Part shown: positions 16,636-24,650 of the stretch, piece by piece
How the letters are laid out: each line of letters starts with the position of its first letter
How positions within the stretch are numbered: position 1 is the first letter of the stretch
Source: an uncultured Alphaproteobacteria bacterium
Lineage (GTDB): Bacteria > Pseudomonadota > Alphaproteobacteria > HIMB59 > GCA-002718135
Direction: 5' to 3'
Assembly (NCBI GenBank): GCA_902560675.1
Contig: CACEMP010000004.1
Location: forward strand, 2,678-66,677
Length of the DNA: 64,000 bases
Position numbers and translations under genes: made by a program
Notes under the pieces: generated by a model
What the model was told of the DNA's origin: nothing
The model's database searches: none
Seen by the model: only the letters and a program-made list of their open reading frames with translations

Positions 16636-18235
16636 TAAAAAAGAACTTCTTTTAGAAATGAAGAATATTCATATTGATGGATTTTCAGATGAGAGATGGC
16701 ATAAAATATTAAAAGGTGTTGATCTAAATTTATACAGAGGTGAGATTTTAGGTTTAATTGGAGAAAGTGGTGCTGGAAAATCGACTATGGGAAAAGCAGC
16801 AATGGGTTATACTCAACCAGGTTGCAAAATTATTAAAGGTGAAATACTCTTTAATGGCACAGATCTTGCAAAATTGACGGAATTCGAAAAAAGAAAAATA
16901 TGGGGTACGAAAATTTCATATGTTGCACAATCGGCTGCAGCATCTTTTAATCCTGCACACAGATTAATGGATCAAACCATTAGTGCAGCTAATAGAGCAA
17001 AGATAAATCCTACTGAAGTTTTAAGAAAAGATGCAGTGCAACTTTATGAGTCACTGCAACTACCAGATGCGGAAAATATTGGTGAGAGATATCCCCATCA
17101 AGTCTCTGGAGGCCAACTACAAAGAATTATGACTGCTATGGCTATGTCACCAAGACCAGAACTAATAATTTTTGATGAACCAACAACTGCTCTTGATGTA
17201 ACTACTCAAGTTGAAGTTTTGTCTGCTATGAGATCAATAGTAGATAAATTTAATACTGCAGCAATTTATATTACTCATGATTTAGCTGTAGTTGCTCAAA
17301 TGGCTGATAGAATTAAAGTTCTTAGATATGGAGAAGAAGTTGAAGAGTCTGAAACGAGAGAGATGCTCTCAAACCCTAAAGAAGAATATACTAAATCACT
17401 ATGGTCAGTAAGATCACTTATCAAGCCTGAAGAAACGAATGAAGATTATATGTTGTCCATTAAAAATATTGATGCAGCTTATGGCTCATCAAAAGTTCTG
17501 CATAATGTTTCTGTTAATATTCCTAGAGGTAAAACTGTAGCAATAGTGGGAGAAAGTGGATCAGGAAAATCAACAACTGCAAGAGTGATAACAGGCTTAC
17601 TGCCTCAAACCAAAGGAGAAATAATATTTGATGGAAAAAAATTATCTCCAAAACTTGAGCAAAGATCAAAAGAAGAATTAAGAAGAATTCAAATAATTTT
17701 TCAAATGCCTGATACAGCAATGAATCCTAAACAAACTGTTGATGAAATAATTGGAAGACCAATTGAATTTTACCATGGAGTAAAAGGAAAAGAGCGTGAG
17801 GCTAAAGTAATTGAATTGTTAAAAATGATTGAATTAGATGAATCTTTTTTAGATAGACTGCCATCTGAATTATCAGGAGGTCAAAAACAAAGAATTTGTA
17901 TTGCTAGAGCTCTAGCTGCTAATCCAGATCTAATTATTTGTGACGAGGTTACTTCAGCATTGGATCAAATTGTTCAAGAAGGAATTTTAAAACTCTTACA
18001 AAAACTTCAAAAAGATCTTGGAGTGACTTACATTTTTATTACTCACGATATTGCTACTGTTAAAGCTATTTCGGATGAAATAGTAGTTATGTATCAAGGC
18101 GAAGTAGTTGAGCAAGGCTTAAAAAGTAAAATTTTAAACCCTCCATACCCTGATTATACTGAGTTGTTGTTATCATCAGTTCCAGAAATGGATCCTGATT
18201 GGCTAACAAATCTTTTAAATAAAAGATCTGATTAA
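16622..18235 (+). CDS. ABC transporter ATP-binding protein with two fused ATPase domains (DppD/DppF-like fusion)
   Basis: 537 aa with two Walker A motifs (GESGAGKST, GESGSGKST), two signature motifs (VSGGQLQR, LSGGQKQR) and two Walker B motifs. Confidence 0.9.
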   Translation: MTSNNKKELLLEMKNIHIDGFSDERWHKILKGVDLNLYRGEILGLIGESGAGKSTMGKAAMGYTQPGCKIIKGEILFNGTDLAKLTEFEKRKIWGTKISYVAQSAAASFNPAHRLMDQTISAANRAKINPTEVLRKDAVQLYESLQLPDAENIGERYPHQVSGGQLQRIMTAMAMSPRPELIIFDEPTTALDVTTQVEVLSAMRSIVDKFNTAAIYITHDLAVVAQMADRIKVLRYGEEVEESETREMLSNPKEEYTKSLWSVRSLIKPEETNEDYMLSIKNIDAAYGSSKVLHNVSVNIPRGKTVAIVGESGSGKSTTARVITGLLPQTKGEIIFDGKKLSPKLEQRSKEELRRIQIIFQMPDTAMNPKQTVDEIIGRPIEFYHGVKGKEREAKVIELLKMIELDESFLDRLPSELSGGQKQRICIARALAANPDLIICDEVTSALDQIVQEGILKLLQKLQKDLGVTYIFITHDIATVKAISDEIVVMYQGEVVEQGLKSKILNPPYPDYTELLLSSVPEMDPDWLTNLLNKRSD

Positions 18236-18237
18236 TT

Positions 18238-18501
18238 TTGAATATTTTCAAAGCAATTTTTAATTTTTTTATCAGTAAAGAAAGCATATTTAATAATCTT
18301 GAGGCAAGAAAGATAATGATAGATGAGAGCAACTTTAATAAAATGAATTTAACTTTAGGAAATACTTTTAAAGTTAATGAAAATATCAAAATTAAAAATT
18401 TTAAAGAAAAAATTATAAAAGACAATCTAACGGTAGTAGTTACTAATAATAAAGGTAAAACAATTGGCTATATTACAAAAAATGAATTAATTAATTATTA
18501 A
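18238..18501 (+). CDS. Small hypothetical protein with a single CBS-motif-like C-terminal half; start uncertain (TTG 18238 or ATG 18316)
   Basis: 87-aa ORF filling an otherwise 270-nt gap in a very compact genome. The C-terminal LTVVVTNNKGKTIGYITKNELI resembles the lpVvd..gklvGiiT..Dl end of a CBS motif. Confidence 0.4.
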   Translation: MNIFKAIFNFFISKESIFNNLEARKIMIDESNFNKMNLTLGNTFKVNENIKIKNFKEKIIKDNLTVVVTNNKGKTIGYITKNELINY

Positions 18502-18506
18502 ATTTT

Positions 18507-19283
18507 ATGAAAGTAAATTTAAAAAATAAAAATTATGTAATTTCAGCTGCTGCAGATGGTATAGGTTTTGCAATTGCTAAGAAGATTATCAGTGCAGGTG
18601 GAAAAGTATATATTTCTGATATTAACAAAAAAAAAGTTAATGAAATAAATAAAAAATATAAGAATAAAATTTATGCAACAGCTATGGATTGTACAAATCC
18701 AGCTGAAATTAAAAATTATTTTCATAAAATAAAATCTCTTAAAAAAATTGATGGTCTAATAAATAACATAGGAATAGCAGGTCCAACCAAAAGTCTCGAA
18801 AATATAAAAATCGAAGAATGGGAAGAGACAATAAATACAAACTTAAATAGTCATTTTTATTATACAAAATATTCTATTCCATTCTTAAAAAAAGCAAAAA
18901 AATCATCAATAATTAACCTTTCTTCAACTGCGGGACTTTATGGTTTTGCTCAACGTTCACCTTATACTGCTAGTAAATGGGCAATAATAGGTCTGACCAA
19001 AACTTTAGCAATGGAACTTGGTAAATATAAAATTAGAGTTAACGCAATTTGTCCTGGATCAGTGGAGGGAGATCGAATGAAACGAGTAGTTGATGCAAAA
19101 GCCTCTTTAACAAAAACTAATCCCAAAAAAATAAAACAACAGTTTGAATCAATGGTATCTCTACAAACATTTGTTAATAAAGAAGATATTGCTTCAATGG
19201 CTTTATTTTTATTAAGCGATGAAAGTCAGAATATATCTGGTCAGGCTATGACAGTAGATGGAAATACTGAAAGAATGAATTAG
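18507..19283 (+). CDS. Short-chain dehydrogenase/reductase (SDR)
   Basis: 258 aa. It has a Gly-rich NAD(P) site (ISAAADGIGFAI), NNIG, and the catalytic YTASK. Confidence 0.85.
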   Translation: MKVNLKNKNYVISAAADGIGFAIAKKIISAGGKVYISDINKKKVNEINKKYKNKIYATAMDCTNPAEIKNYFHKIKSLKKIDGLINNIGIAGPTKSLENIKIEEWEETINTNLNSHFYYTKYSIPFLKKAKKSSIINLSSTAGLYGFAQRSPYTASKWAIIGLTKTLAMELGKYKIRVNAICPGSVEGDRMKRVVDAKASLTKTNPKKIKQQFESMVSLQTFVNKEDIASMALFLLSDESQNISGQAMTVDGNTERMN

Positions 19284-20875
19284 TGTCTCAATACACTGAT
19301 TATATAATAATTGGTGCTGGTTCAGCTGGTTGTGTACTAGCAAATAGACTATCATCTCATTCAAAAAATAATGTAACTTTATTTGAAGCTGGCCCTTCTA
19401 ATAATACTTGGAAAGTTGATATGCCAAGTGCATTACTTTATGTAATGCATGACCCAAAATATAATTGGAAATATTATACTGAGCCTGAACCTTATTTAAA
19501 TAACAGATCTTTATATTGTCCTAGAGGTAAAATGTTAGGCGGTTGTTCCTCTCATAATGGAATGGTTTTTGCTAGAGGTCATAAAGAGGATTTTGATAGA
19601 TGGGAGTCTTATGGTTTAGATCAATGGAGCTATAATAAAGTTTTACCGTATTATAAAAAACTAGAAACATGGTCTGGAAAAAATAGCCTAAGAGGTAAAA
19701 ACGGCCCATTAAAAGTAAATAAATCTCAAATAGATAAAAAGTTTCCATTATTTAATGCAGTTCTTAAAGCTGCAAAAGAAGCTGGCTATAATATCTTTGA
19801 TGATTCAAATAGTACTAATAATGAAGGATTTGGTACATTTGATGTAACAATTGATAAAGGAGTTCGGCAAAGTATACCAAAAGCTTATTTAGATCCTATA
19901 AAGAACAGAAAAAATCTTCAAATAATAAAAAAAACATATGTAAAAAAAATAATTTTTAAAGACAAAGTTGCAATAGGAATAGAATATGTAAAAAATAATA
20001 AGACACATTATTTTTATGCAAATAAAGAAGTAATACTTAGTGCAGGCTCAATTAATTCTCCAAAAATACTGCAACTCTCAGGAATAGGTAATGCTGCACA
20101 TCTTAAAGATTTTGGAATTCCCATAATTAATGATTTAAAAGGAGTTGGTGAAAATCTTCAAGATCATTTAGAAATATATATTCAATATAAATCAAAGAAA
20201 AAAGAAACATTATATGATTTATCAACCAATTTTATTTCTCAAGGTATTGAAGGAAGCAAATGGTTTACTTTCAAGAAAGGTAAATTAGCTCACTCACACT
20301 TAGAGTTAGGTGGTTTTGTAAAAACAAATAAAAATTACTCACATCCAAATTTACAATTTCATTTTTTTCCATCATTAGTAATCAATCATGGTTTAACAAA
20401 TCCTGAATTTGATGCTTTTCAATTTCACGCATGTCCTAACAGGCCAAAGAGTAGGGGGTTTGTTAAAATAAAGTCAAATGATTTTAATATATCACCTCAA
20501 ATCCAATTTAATTACTTACAAAATCAAGAGGACTTAATTCAAATGAGAGACAGTGTGAAAATTGCAAAAAATATTTGCTCTCAGAAATCACTCTTAGATT
20601 ATGTTGATTACGAAATAAGGCCTGGAATTGATATTAAATCTAATGAAGAATTAGACGAAATTATTAGAAACACTGCTGAGTCGGCATATCACCCCTCTTG
20701 TACTAACAAAATGGGTACAGATCATTATTCAGTTGTTGATCAAAAAACAAAAGTACACGGCATTGAAAATTTAAGAATTATTGATGCATCAATTATGCCT
20801 GATATTGTTAGTGCCAATTTAAATGCTAGTGTAGTAATGATCGCAGAGAGAGCCGCTGATTTTTTGATAAATTAA
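19283..20875 (+). CDS. GMC-family FAD oxidoreductase (choline dehydrogenase-like), second paralogue
   Basis: 530 aa with DYIIIGAGSAGCVLANRLS, GKMLGGCSSHNGMVF and C-terminal HPSCTNKMG...IIDASIMP. The GTG start overlaps the SDR stop by 1 nt. Confidence 0.85.
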   Translation: MSQYTDYIIIGAGSAGCVLANRLSSHSKNNVTLFEAGPSNNTWKVDMPSALLYVMHDPKYNWKYYTEPEPYLNNRSLYCPRGKMLGGCSSHNGMVFARGHKEDFDRWESYGLDQWSYNKVLPYYKKLETWSGKNSLRGKNGPLKVNKSQIDKKFPLFNAVLKAAKEAGYNIFDDSNSTNNEGFGTFDVTIDKGVRQSIPKAYLDPIKNRKNLQIIKKTYVKKIIFKDKVAIGIEYVKNNKTHYFYANKEVILSAGSINSPKILQLSGIGNAAHLKDFGIPIINDLKGVGENLQDHLEIYIQYKSKKKETLYDLSTNFISQGIEGSKWFTFKKGKLAHSHLELGGFVKTNKNYSHPNLQFHFFPSLVINHGLTNPEFDAFQFHACPNRPKSRGFVKIKSNDFNISPQIQFNYLQNQEDLIQMRDSVKIAKNICSQKSLLDYVDYEIRPGIDIKSNEELDEIIRNTAESAYHPSCTNKMGTDHYSVVDQKTKVHGIENLRIIDASIMPDIVSANLNASVVMIAERAADFLIN

Positions 20876-20945
20876 AACAAAAACTTAGACCGTTTCTAGC
20901 CTAAGTATATTGTTGTTATTTATTCTTAAAGTAAGGAAAGTCATA

Positions 20946-20973
20946 TATTTAAGGATGAAATAAACCTTAAATA
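20946..20973. terminator. Hairpin between convergent genes (9-bp perfect stem TATTTAAGG / CCTTAAATA, 10-nt loop); weak terminator candidate
   Basis: Read directly from the sequence. There is no clear U-tract on either strand, so confidence is low. Confidence 0.3.
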
Positions 20974-20984
20974 ATGTCTAAGAA

Positions 20985-21164
20985 TTAGATAGATTTTCTT
21001 CTGAGTGTCCAACCGTATCTTTCACTGTAATAAGCCTCAATTCCTTCAGCTAAATTAAGATCGTAGTTGGAGTCTATAGATCCCTCAAGGACCTTATTCT
21101 CAATTGAAATCTGTTCTAAACCTTCTTTTTGGTTATTGATATTTTCTGTTAATTTACTATTCAT
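20985..21164 (-). CDS. Small hypothetical protein (59 aa), divergent from the ScfR-type regulator
   Basis: My own translation is MNSKLTENINNQKEGLEQISIENKVLEGSIDSNYDLNLAEGIEAYYSERYGWTLRRKSI. The ORF is below the apparent size cutoff of the track. By eye it is distinctly more GC-rich than the flanking non-coding DNA. I recognise no homology. Confidence 0.4.
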   Translation of the reverse strand: MNSKLTENINNQKEGLEQISIENKVLEGSIDSNYDLNLAEGIEAYYSERYGWTLRRKSI

Positions 21165-21165
21165 A

Positions 21166-21184
21166 ATTTACAATATTTACATTT
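21166..21184. promoter_or_regulatory. Left operator candidate: two TGTAAAT-core repeats (minus-strand orientation, 9-nt register) abutting the small-ORF start
   Basis: The plus strand reads ATTTACAATATTTACATTT, which on the minus strand is AAATGTAAATATTGTAAAT immediately followed by T-ATG. Confidence 0.45.
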
Positions 21185-21257
21185 ATATAAAAGTTATAAA
21201 AAAAACTAGTAAATAAGTCATTTCTAATGTAAAGATAATTACTTGATAAAATTTTAA

Positions 21258-21275
21258 TTTGTAAATTTTGTAAAT
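21258..21275. promoter_or_regulatory. Right operator candidate: perfect tandem TTTGTAAAT x2 overlapping the regulator start codon
   Basis: TTTGTAAATTTTGTAAAT spans 21258..21275 and the ATG is at 21274. This mirrors the left site about 75 bp away. The core resembles the TTTGCAAA motif that I recall for RamB/PrpR-family regulators. Confidence 0.45.
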
Positions 21276-22713
21276 GAATATAGAAGCTGATATAAATTTA
21301 GGTCCAAGATTAAAAAAACAAAGGATTAACAAGGGTTTTTCCCAAGCTAAACTATCTAAATCAATCGGAATATCACCAAGTTATTTAAATTTAATAGAAA
21401 GTGGGAAACGTAAAATACCTCTTTCGTTGTTAATAAAAGCTTCCGATGAACTAGATTTATCAATAAAGGACTTCTCTGCAGAATCGAACAAACGACTACT
21501 TTCAGATGTTATGGATGTTTTGAGTAATGAAATTTTTGATGATCTTAAAATTACTAACCATGACACTAGTAATTTTATTGGATCCAATCCGAACATTGCA
21601 AAAGCATTACTAACAATAAATGATTCATTTAAAAGTTATAAAGAAGATATGCAGAATCGTCTTGAAACAATGGATGTTAATTCTGGCACTATAGAAAAAC
21701 CAACAAGACTACCAGTTGAAATAGTTTCAGATATTTTGCAAGAGAATAAAAATTATTTTCATGATCTAGAAATAAGTTCAGAAAAATTAAGAAAAGAAAT
21801 AGGACTTAAAATAGGTCCAAATATTGGATCTGGCTCAAAACTAACACAGTATCTTCAATCAAAGCATGGTATCAAAGTTACAATAGTAACGATTGATCAA
21901 GATGAAAAAATAGTCAAACGCTATGATGAAAAAAGTAAAACTTATTATTTGTCTGAAATGCTAACATACACTTCAAGAAACTTTCATTTAGCTTCTCAAG
22001 TTGCTTATTTAGAAGCTACTGACATTATAAATAAGGTAATCAAAGAAAATAATGTTGAGTCGGAGGAGGTTGTTCCTTTGCTTAAACTTTCATTATTAAA
22101 TTACTATGCAGCCGCATTTATGATGCCTTATGATGATTTTTTAAAAAGTGCAAAACTTCACAGATATGATGTAGAAATTTTAATGCACCATTATGCATGT
22201 AGCTTTGAGCAAGTTACTCATAGACTCACAAATCTACAGAGACCTGGTAATGCTGGTGTTCCATTTCATTTTTTAAAAACAGATATTGCAGGAAATGTTT
22301 CTAAAAGATTTTCTCTTTCAGGAATCCATATTCCCAGGCATGGAGGATCATGTCCAAGATGGAATGTTTACACTGCATTTTTAAATCCAGGAAAGATTCA
22401 CCCACAAATTTCAAAAATGCCTGATGGAAAAGTCTATTTTTGTATAGCAAGAGCATTTGAAAAGGGGATTGAAAAACATGGCATGCCAAAAAGTTTTGTT
22501 TCTATTGGCTTAGGATGTGACATGAAATATGCAAAAGATTTGGTTTATTCTGAAGGAATTGACCTTACAAATAAGAAATTACAAATGCCAATTGGTGTTT
22601 CTTGTAGAATTTGTCCGAGGGTCGAGTGTCAACAAAGAGCATTTCCACCAATCGACAAAGAGTTGAAGCTTGATATCAAGTATAGAGGAACGTCTCCATA
22701 CGTAACGATTTAG
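21274..22713 (+). CDS. XRE-family HTH regulator with DUF955/DUF2083-type C-terminal domains (ScfR / RamB / PrpR short-chain acyl-CoA regulator family)
   Basis: 479 aa with an N-terminal HTH (LGPRLKKQRINKGFSQAKLSKSIGISPSYLNLIESGKR). The C-terminal pattern is AAAFMMPYDDF..RYDVE..SFEQVTHRLTNLQRPGNAGVPFHFLKTDIAGNVSKR..GGSCPRWNV..GLGCD..CRICPRVECQQRAFPP, including a Cys cluster. Confidence 0.8.
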   Translation: MNIEADINLGPRLKKQRINKGFSQAKLSKSIGISPSYLNLIESGKRKIPLSLLIKASDELDLSIKDFSAESNKRLLSDVMDVLSNEIFDDLKITNHDTSNFIGSNPNIAKALLTINDSFKSYKEDMQNRLETMDVNSGTIEKPTRLPVEIVSDILQENKNYFHDLEISSEKLRKEIGLKIGPNIGSGSKLTQYLQSKHGIKVTIVTIDQDEKIVKRYDEKSKTYYLSEMLTYTSRNFHLASQVAYLEATDIINKVIKENNVESEEVVPLLKLSLLNYYAAAFMMPYDDFLKSAKLHRYDVEILMHHYACSFEQVTHRLTNLQRPGNAGVPFHFLKTDIAGNVSKRFSLSGIHIPRHGGSCPRWNVYTAFLNPGKIHPQISKMPDGKVYFCIARAFEKGIEKHGMPKSFVSIGLGCDMKYAKDLVYSEGIDLTNKKLQMPIGVSCRICPRVECQQRAFPPIDKELKLDIKYRGTSPYVTI

Positions 22714-23717
22714 ATCTTTACTAACATTTTCCCTATATTTTTTCCATTAAGTAAATCAATAAATGCTTTAGGAGCATTTTCTAAACCTTCATAAACTGTC
22801 TCTTTAAATTTTATTTTGTTATTTTTTAACCAATCTTTCATATCGGTTTCAAATGGCTCATTATCATTTTCATGATCAAATATTAAAAATCCTTTTATGG
22901 TTAATCTTTTCACAAGCACATGAGCCATATTTTTTAAACCACTTGGGGGTGATGTTACATTCATTTGAGATATTCTGCCACAAATGACAATTCTTCCAAA
23001 GTTTTTCATTCTGAATATTGCAGACTCTAAAAAATCACCACCAACGTTATCAAAATATAAATCAAAACCTTCTGGACATATTTCTTTAAAATACAGAACA
23101 AGATTTTCAACTTTATTATAATTAAATGCGTGATCTACATTGAGTTCATTTTTTAACCACTTAACTTTTTCATCAGAGCCAGTACTTGCATAAACAGTGC
23201 AACCTAAATTTTTAGCAATTTGACATACTGTAGATCCAACACTACCACCAGCTGATGAAACAAGTACGGATTGTCCAGCTTTCAATTTCCCATAATTAAA
23301 TAGACCTATATAAGCTGTTTGTCCTGTCATACCTAATGGACCTAAGTAAGACTGAATAGGTAAATCTGTAGAATGAATTTTTTTTATTTGACCACTATTA
23401 CAAACAAAATTATCTCTCATTCCAAAATTGCTAAAAACAGTATCACCTATTTTAAAATAATCATCATCTGACTCTTGAACTGAACCAATTGCATAACCCT
23501 CCATTTCCTCACCTAATTTAAATGGTGGTTTATAATTTTTTCTCTCTGTCATTCTCGCTCTCATATAAGGATCAACAGAGATCCAAGAATTTAAAACGTG
23601 AATATTATTTTTGTTATTTAATTTAATTTCTTTTGTTTTTATTTCAAAATCATCTTCTGTTGGCAATCCTTGGGGGATATAATTTTTTAAAGCAACATAT
23701 TTACAAGTTTTTGTCAT
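22710..23717 (-). CDS. NADP-dependent medium-chain reductase (zinc-independent MDR, alkenal/enone reductase PTGR1/YncB/CurA-like)
   Basis: 335 aa with the nucleotide-binding motif VSSAGGSVGSTVCQIAK and no Zn-ligand Cys cluster. It overlaps the convergent regulator gene by 4 nt. Confidence 0.75.
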   Translation of the reverse strand: MTKTCKYVALKNYIPQGLPTEDDFEIKTKEIKLNNKNNIHVLNSWISVDPYMRARMTERKNYKPPFKLGEEMEGYAIGSVQESDDDYFKIGDTVFSNFGMRDNFVCNSGQIKKIHSTDLPIQSYLGPLGMTGQTAYIGLFNYGKLKAGQSVLVSSAGGSVGSTVCQIAKNLGCTVYASTGSDEKVKWLKNELNVDHAFNYNKVENLVLYFKEICPEGFDLYFDNVGGDFLESAIFRMKNFGRIVICGRISQMNVTSPPSGLKNMAHVLVKRLTIKGFLIFDHENDNEPFETDMKDWLKNNKIKFKETVYEGLENAPKAFIDLLNGKNIGKMLVKI

Positions 23718-23719
23718 AT

Positions 23720-24649
23720 TTATAACTTATATTTTTTCTTTAATTCAATCAAATCAATTAAAAAGTTATCTCTTATATTACTTAGTTTATTAATAGATAA
23801 TTTTTTTGATTGTATAGCAGTGCCTTTAATTATTTTTTGTTTTAATTCTTTACTTAATTTAGGTGATTTTAATTTTGTCCAAGGAAACTTTAAAGCTGGC
23901 CCAAACTGATCTAACATATGTTTCATACCTAATTCACCACCAGCTAAATGAAATGTCAGAAATGTTCCCATTAAAGCCCAACGCATACCAGGTCCGTAAG
24001 TAATCGCATCATCTAAATCTTTTGTTGTACCATAGCCATCATTAATTATATGCAATCCCTCTCTCCATAATGCTTCTTGCAATCTATCAGATAGAAATCC
24101 CGGTAATTCTTTTTCCACCAACAGAGTTTTCATTTTAATATTTTTATAAAATGTATTTGCTCTCTTAAAATAAATATTACTTGTCTTATTGCCTTTAACT
24201 ATTTCAACTAAAGGCAAAATATAAACAGGATTAAAGGGGTGAGCAATAATAAACCTTTGTGGATTAATACATTCTGATTGCAATTTTGAAGGTAACAATC
24301 CAGAAGAACTTGAAGCTATAATTGATTGTTTTGGCGCAAATTTACTAATATTTTTGATAACTAGTTTTTTTAATTCTAATCTTTCAGGAATATTTTCTTG
24401 AATTAGATCAGAATCCTTAACTGCCTCATCTAAATTATTTGTAATATTAAGATTTTTTAAGTTAATTTTTCTTTTATATAATTTTTGAACAACTGGTTTA
24501 GTTCTAACTATTTCTTTTTTAAGATATTCTATTTGTTTTTTATTTTTATCAAAAGCTGTAACTTTTTTATTGCATGCTAAAAAACGCAATATCCAACCAG
24601 TGCCTATAACGCCAGTTCCTATTACAGAAATATTTTTGATATTTTTCAA
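23720..24649 (-). CDS. 3-hydroxyacyl-CoA dehydrogenase-fold NAD enzyme of the L-carnitine dehydrogenase type
   Basis: 309 aa with VIGTGVIGTGW, SGLLPS, HPFNPVYILPLVEIV, LPGFLSDRLQEALWREGLH and GPGMRWALMGTFLTFHLAGGELGMKHMLDQFGPALKFPWTKL. These match my recollection of LcdH/CDH sequences. It is adjacent to a BKACE. Confidence 0.7.
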   Translation of the reverse strand: MKNIKNISVIGTGVIGTGWILRFLACNKKVTAFDKNKKQIEYLKKEIVRTKPVVQKLYKRKINLKNLNITNNLDEAVKDSDLIQENIPERLELKKLVIKNISKFAPKQSIIASSSSGLLPSKLQSECINPQRFIIAHPFNPVYILPLVEIVKGNKTSNIYFKRANTFYKNIKMKTLLVEKELPGFLSDRLQEALWREGLHIINDGYGTTKDLDDAITYGPGMRWALMGTFLTFHLAGGELGMKHMLDQFGPALKFPWTKLKSPKLSKELKQKIIKGTAIQSKKLSINKLSNIRDNFLIDLIELKKKYKL

Positions 24650-24650
24650 A

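Noticed and set aside
18087-18425. 112-aa minus-strand ORF, plus many similar track ORFs: 2991..3203, 3455..3697, 3916..4143, 3925..4116, 4933..5118, 5536..5775, 8298..8498, 8884..9066, 9541..9762, 12706..13014, 12845..13117, 13800..13997, 14728..14946, 17523..17720, 18543..18725, 21381..21596, 22301..22489, 25141..25353, 27706..27927, 32509..32841, 34681..34863, 36754..36951, 37139..37336, 38278..38478, 45541..45738, 47161..47427, 49486..49722, 50141..50383, 54648..54866, 56696..56899, 57206..57415, 57798..58106, 58788..58997, 61697..61942
   Set aside because: All lie antisense to, or out of frame within, long ORFs that have clear family motifs. Their translations are low-complexity (F/L/I/S/K-rich), as expected from AT-rich shadow frames, and none has a recognisable domain.
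20876-20984. Structured ncRNA or riboswitch in the 110 nt between the GMC oxidoreductase stop and the small minus-strand ORF
   Set aside because: I could find only one short AT-rich hairpin (20946..20973). I recognised no multi-stem architecture or conserved riboswitch core, so it is reported only as a weak terminator candidate.
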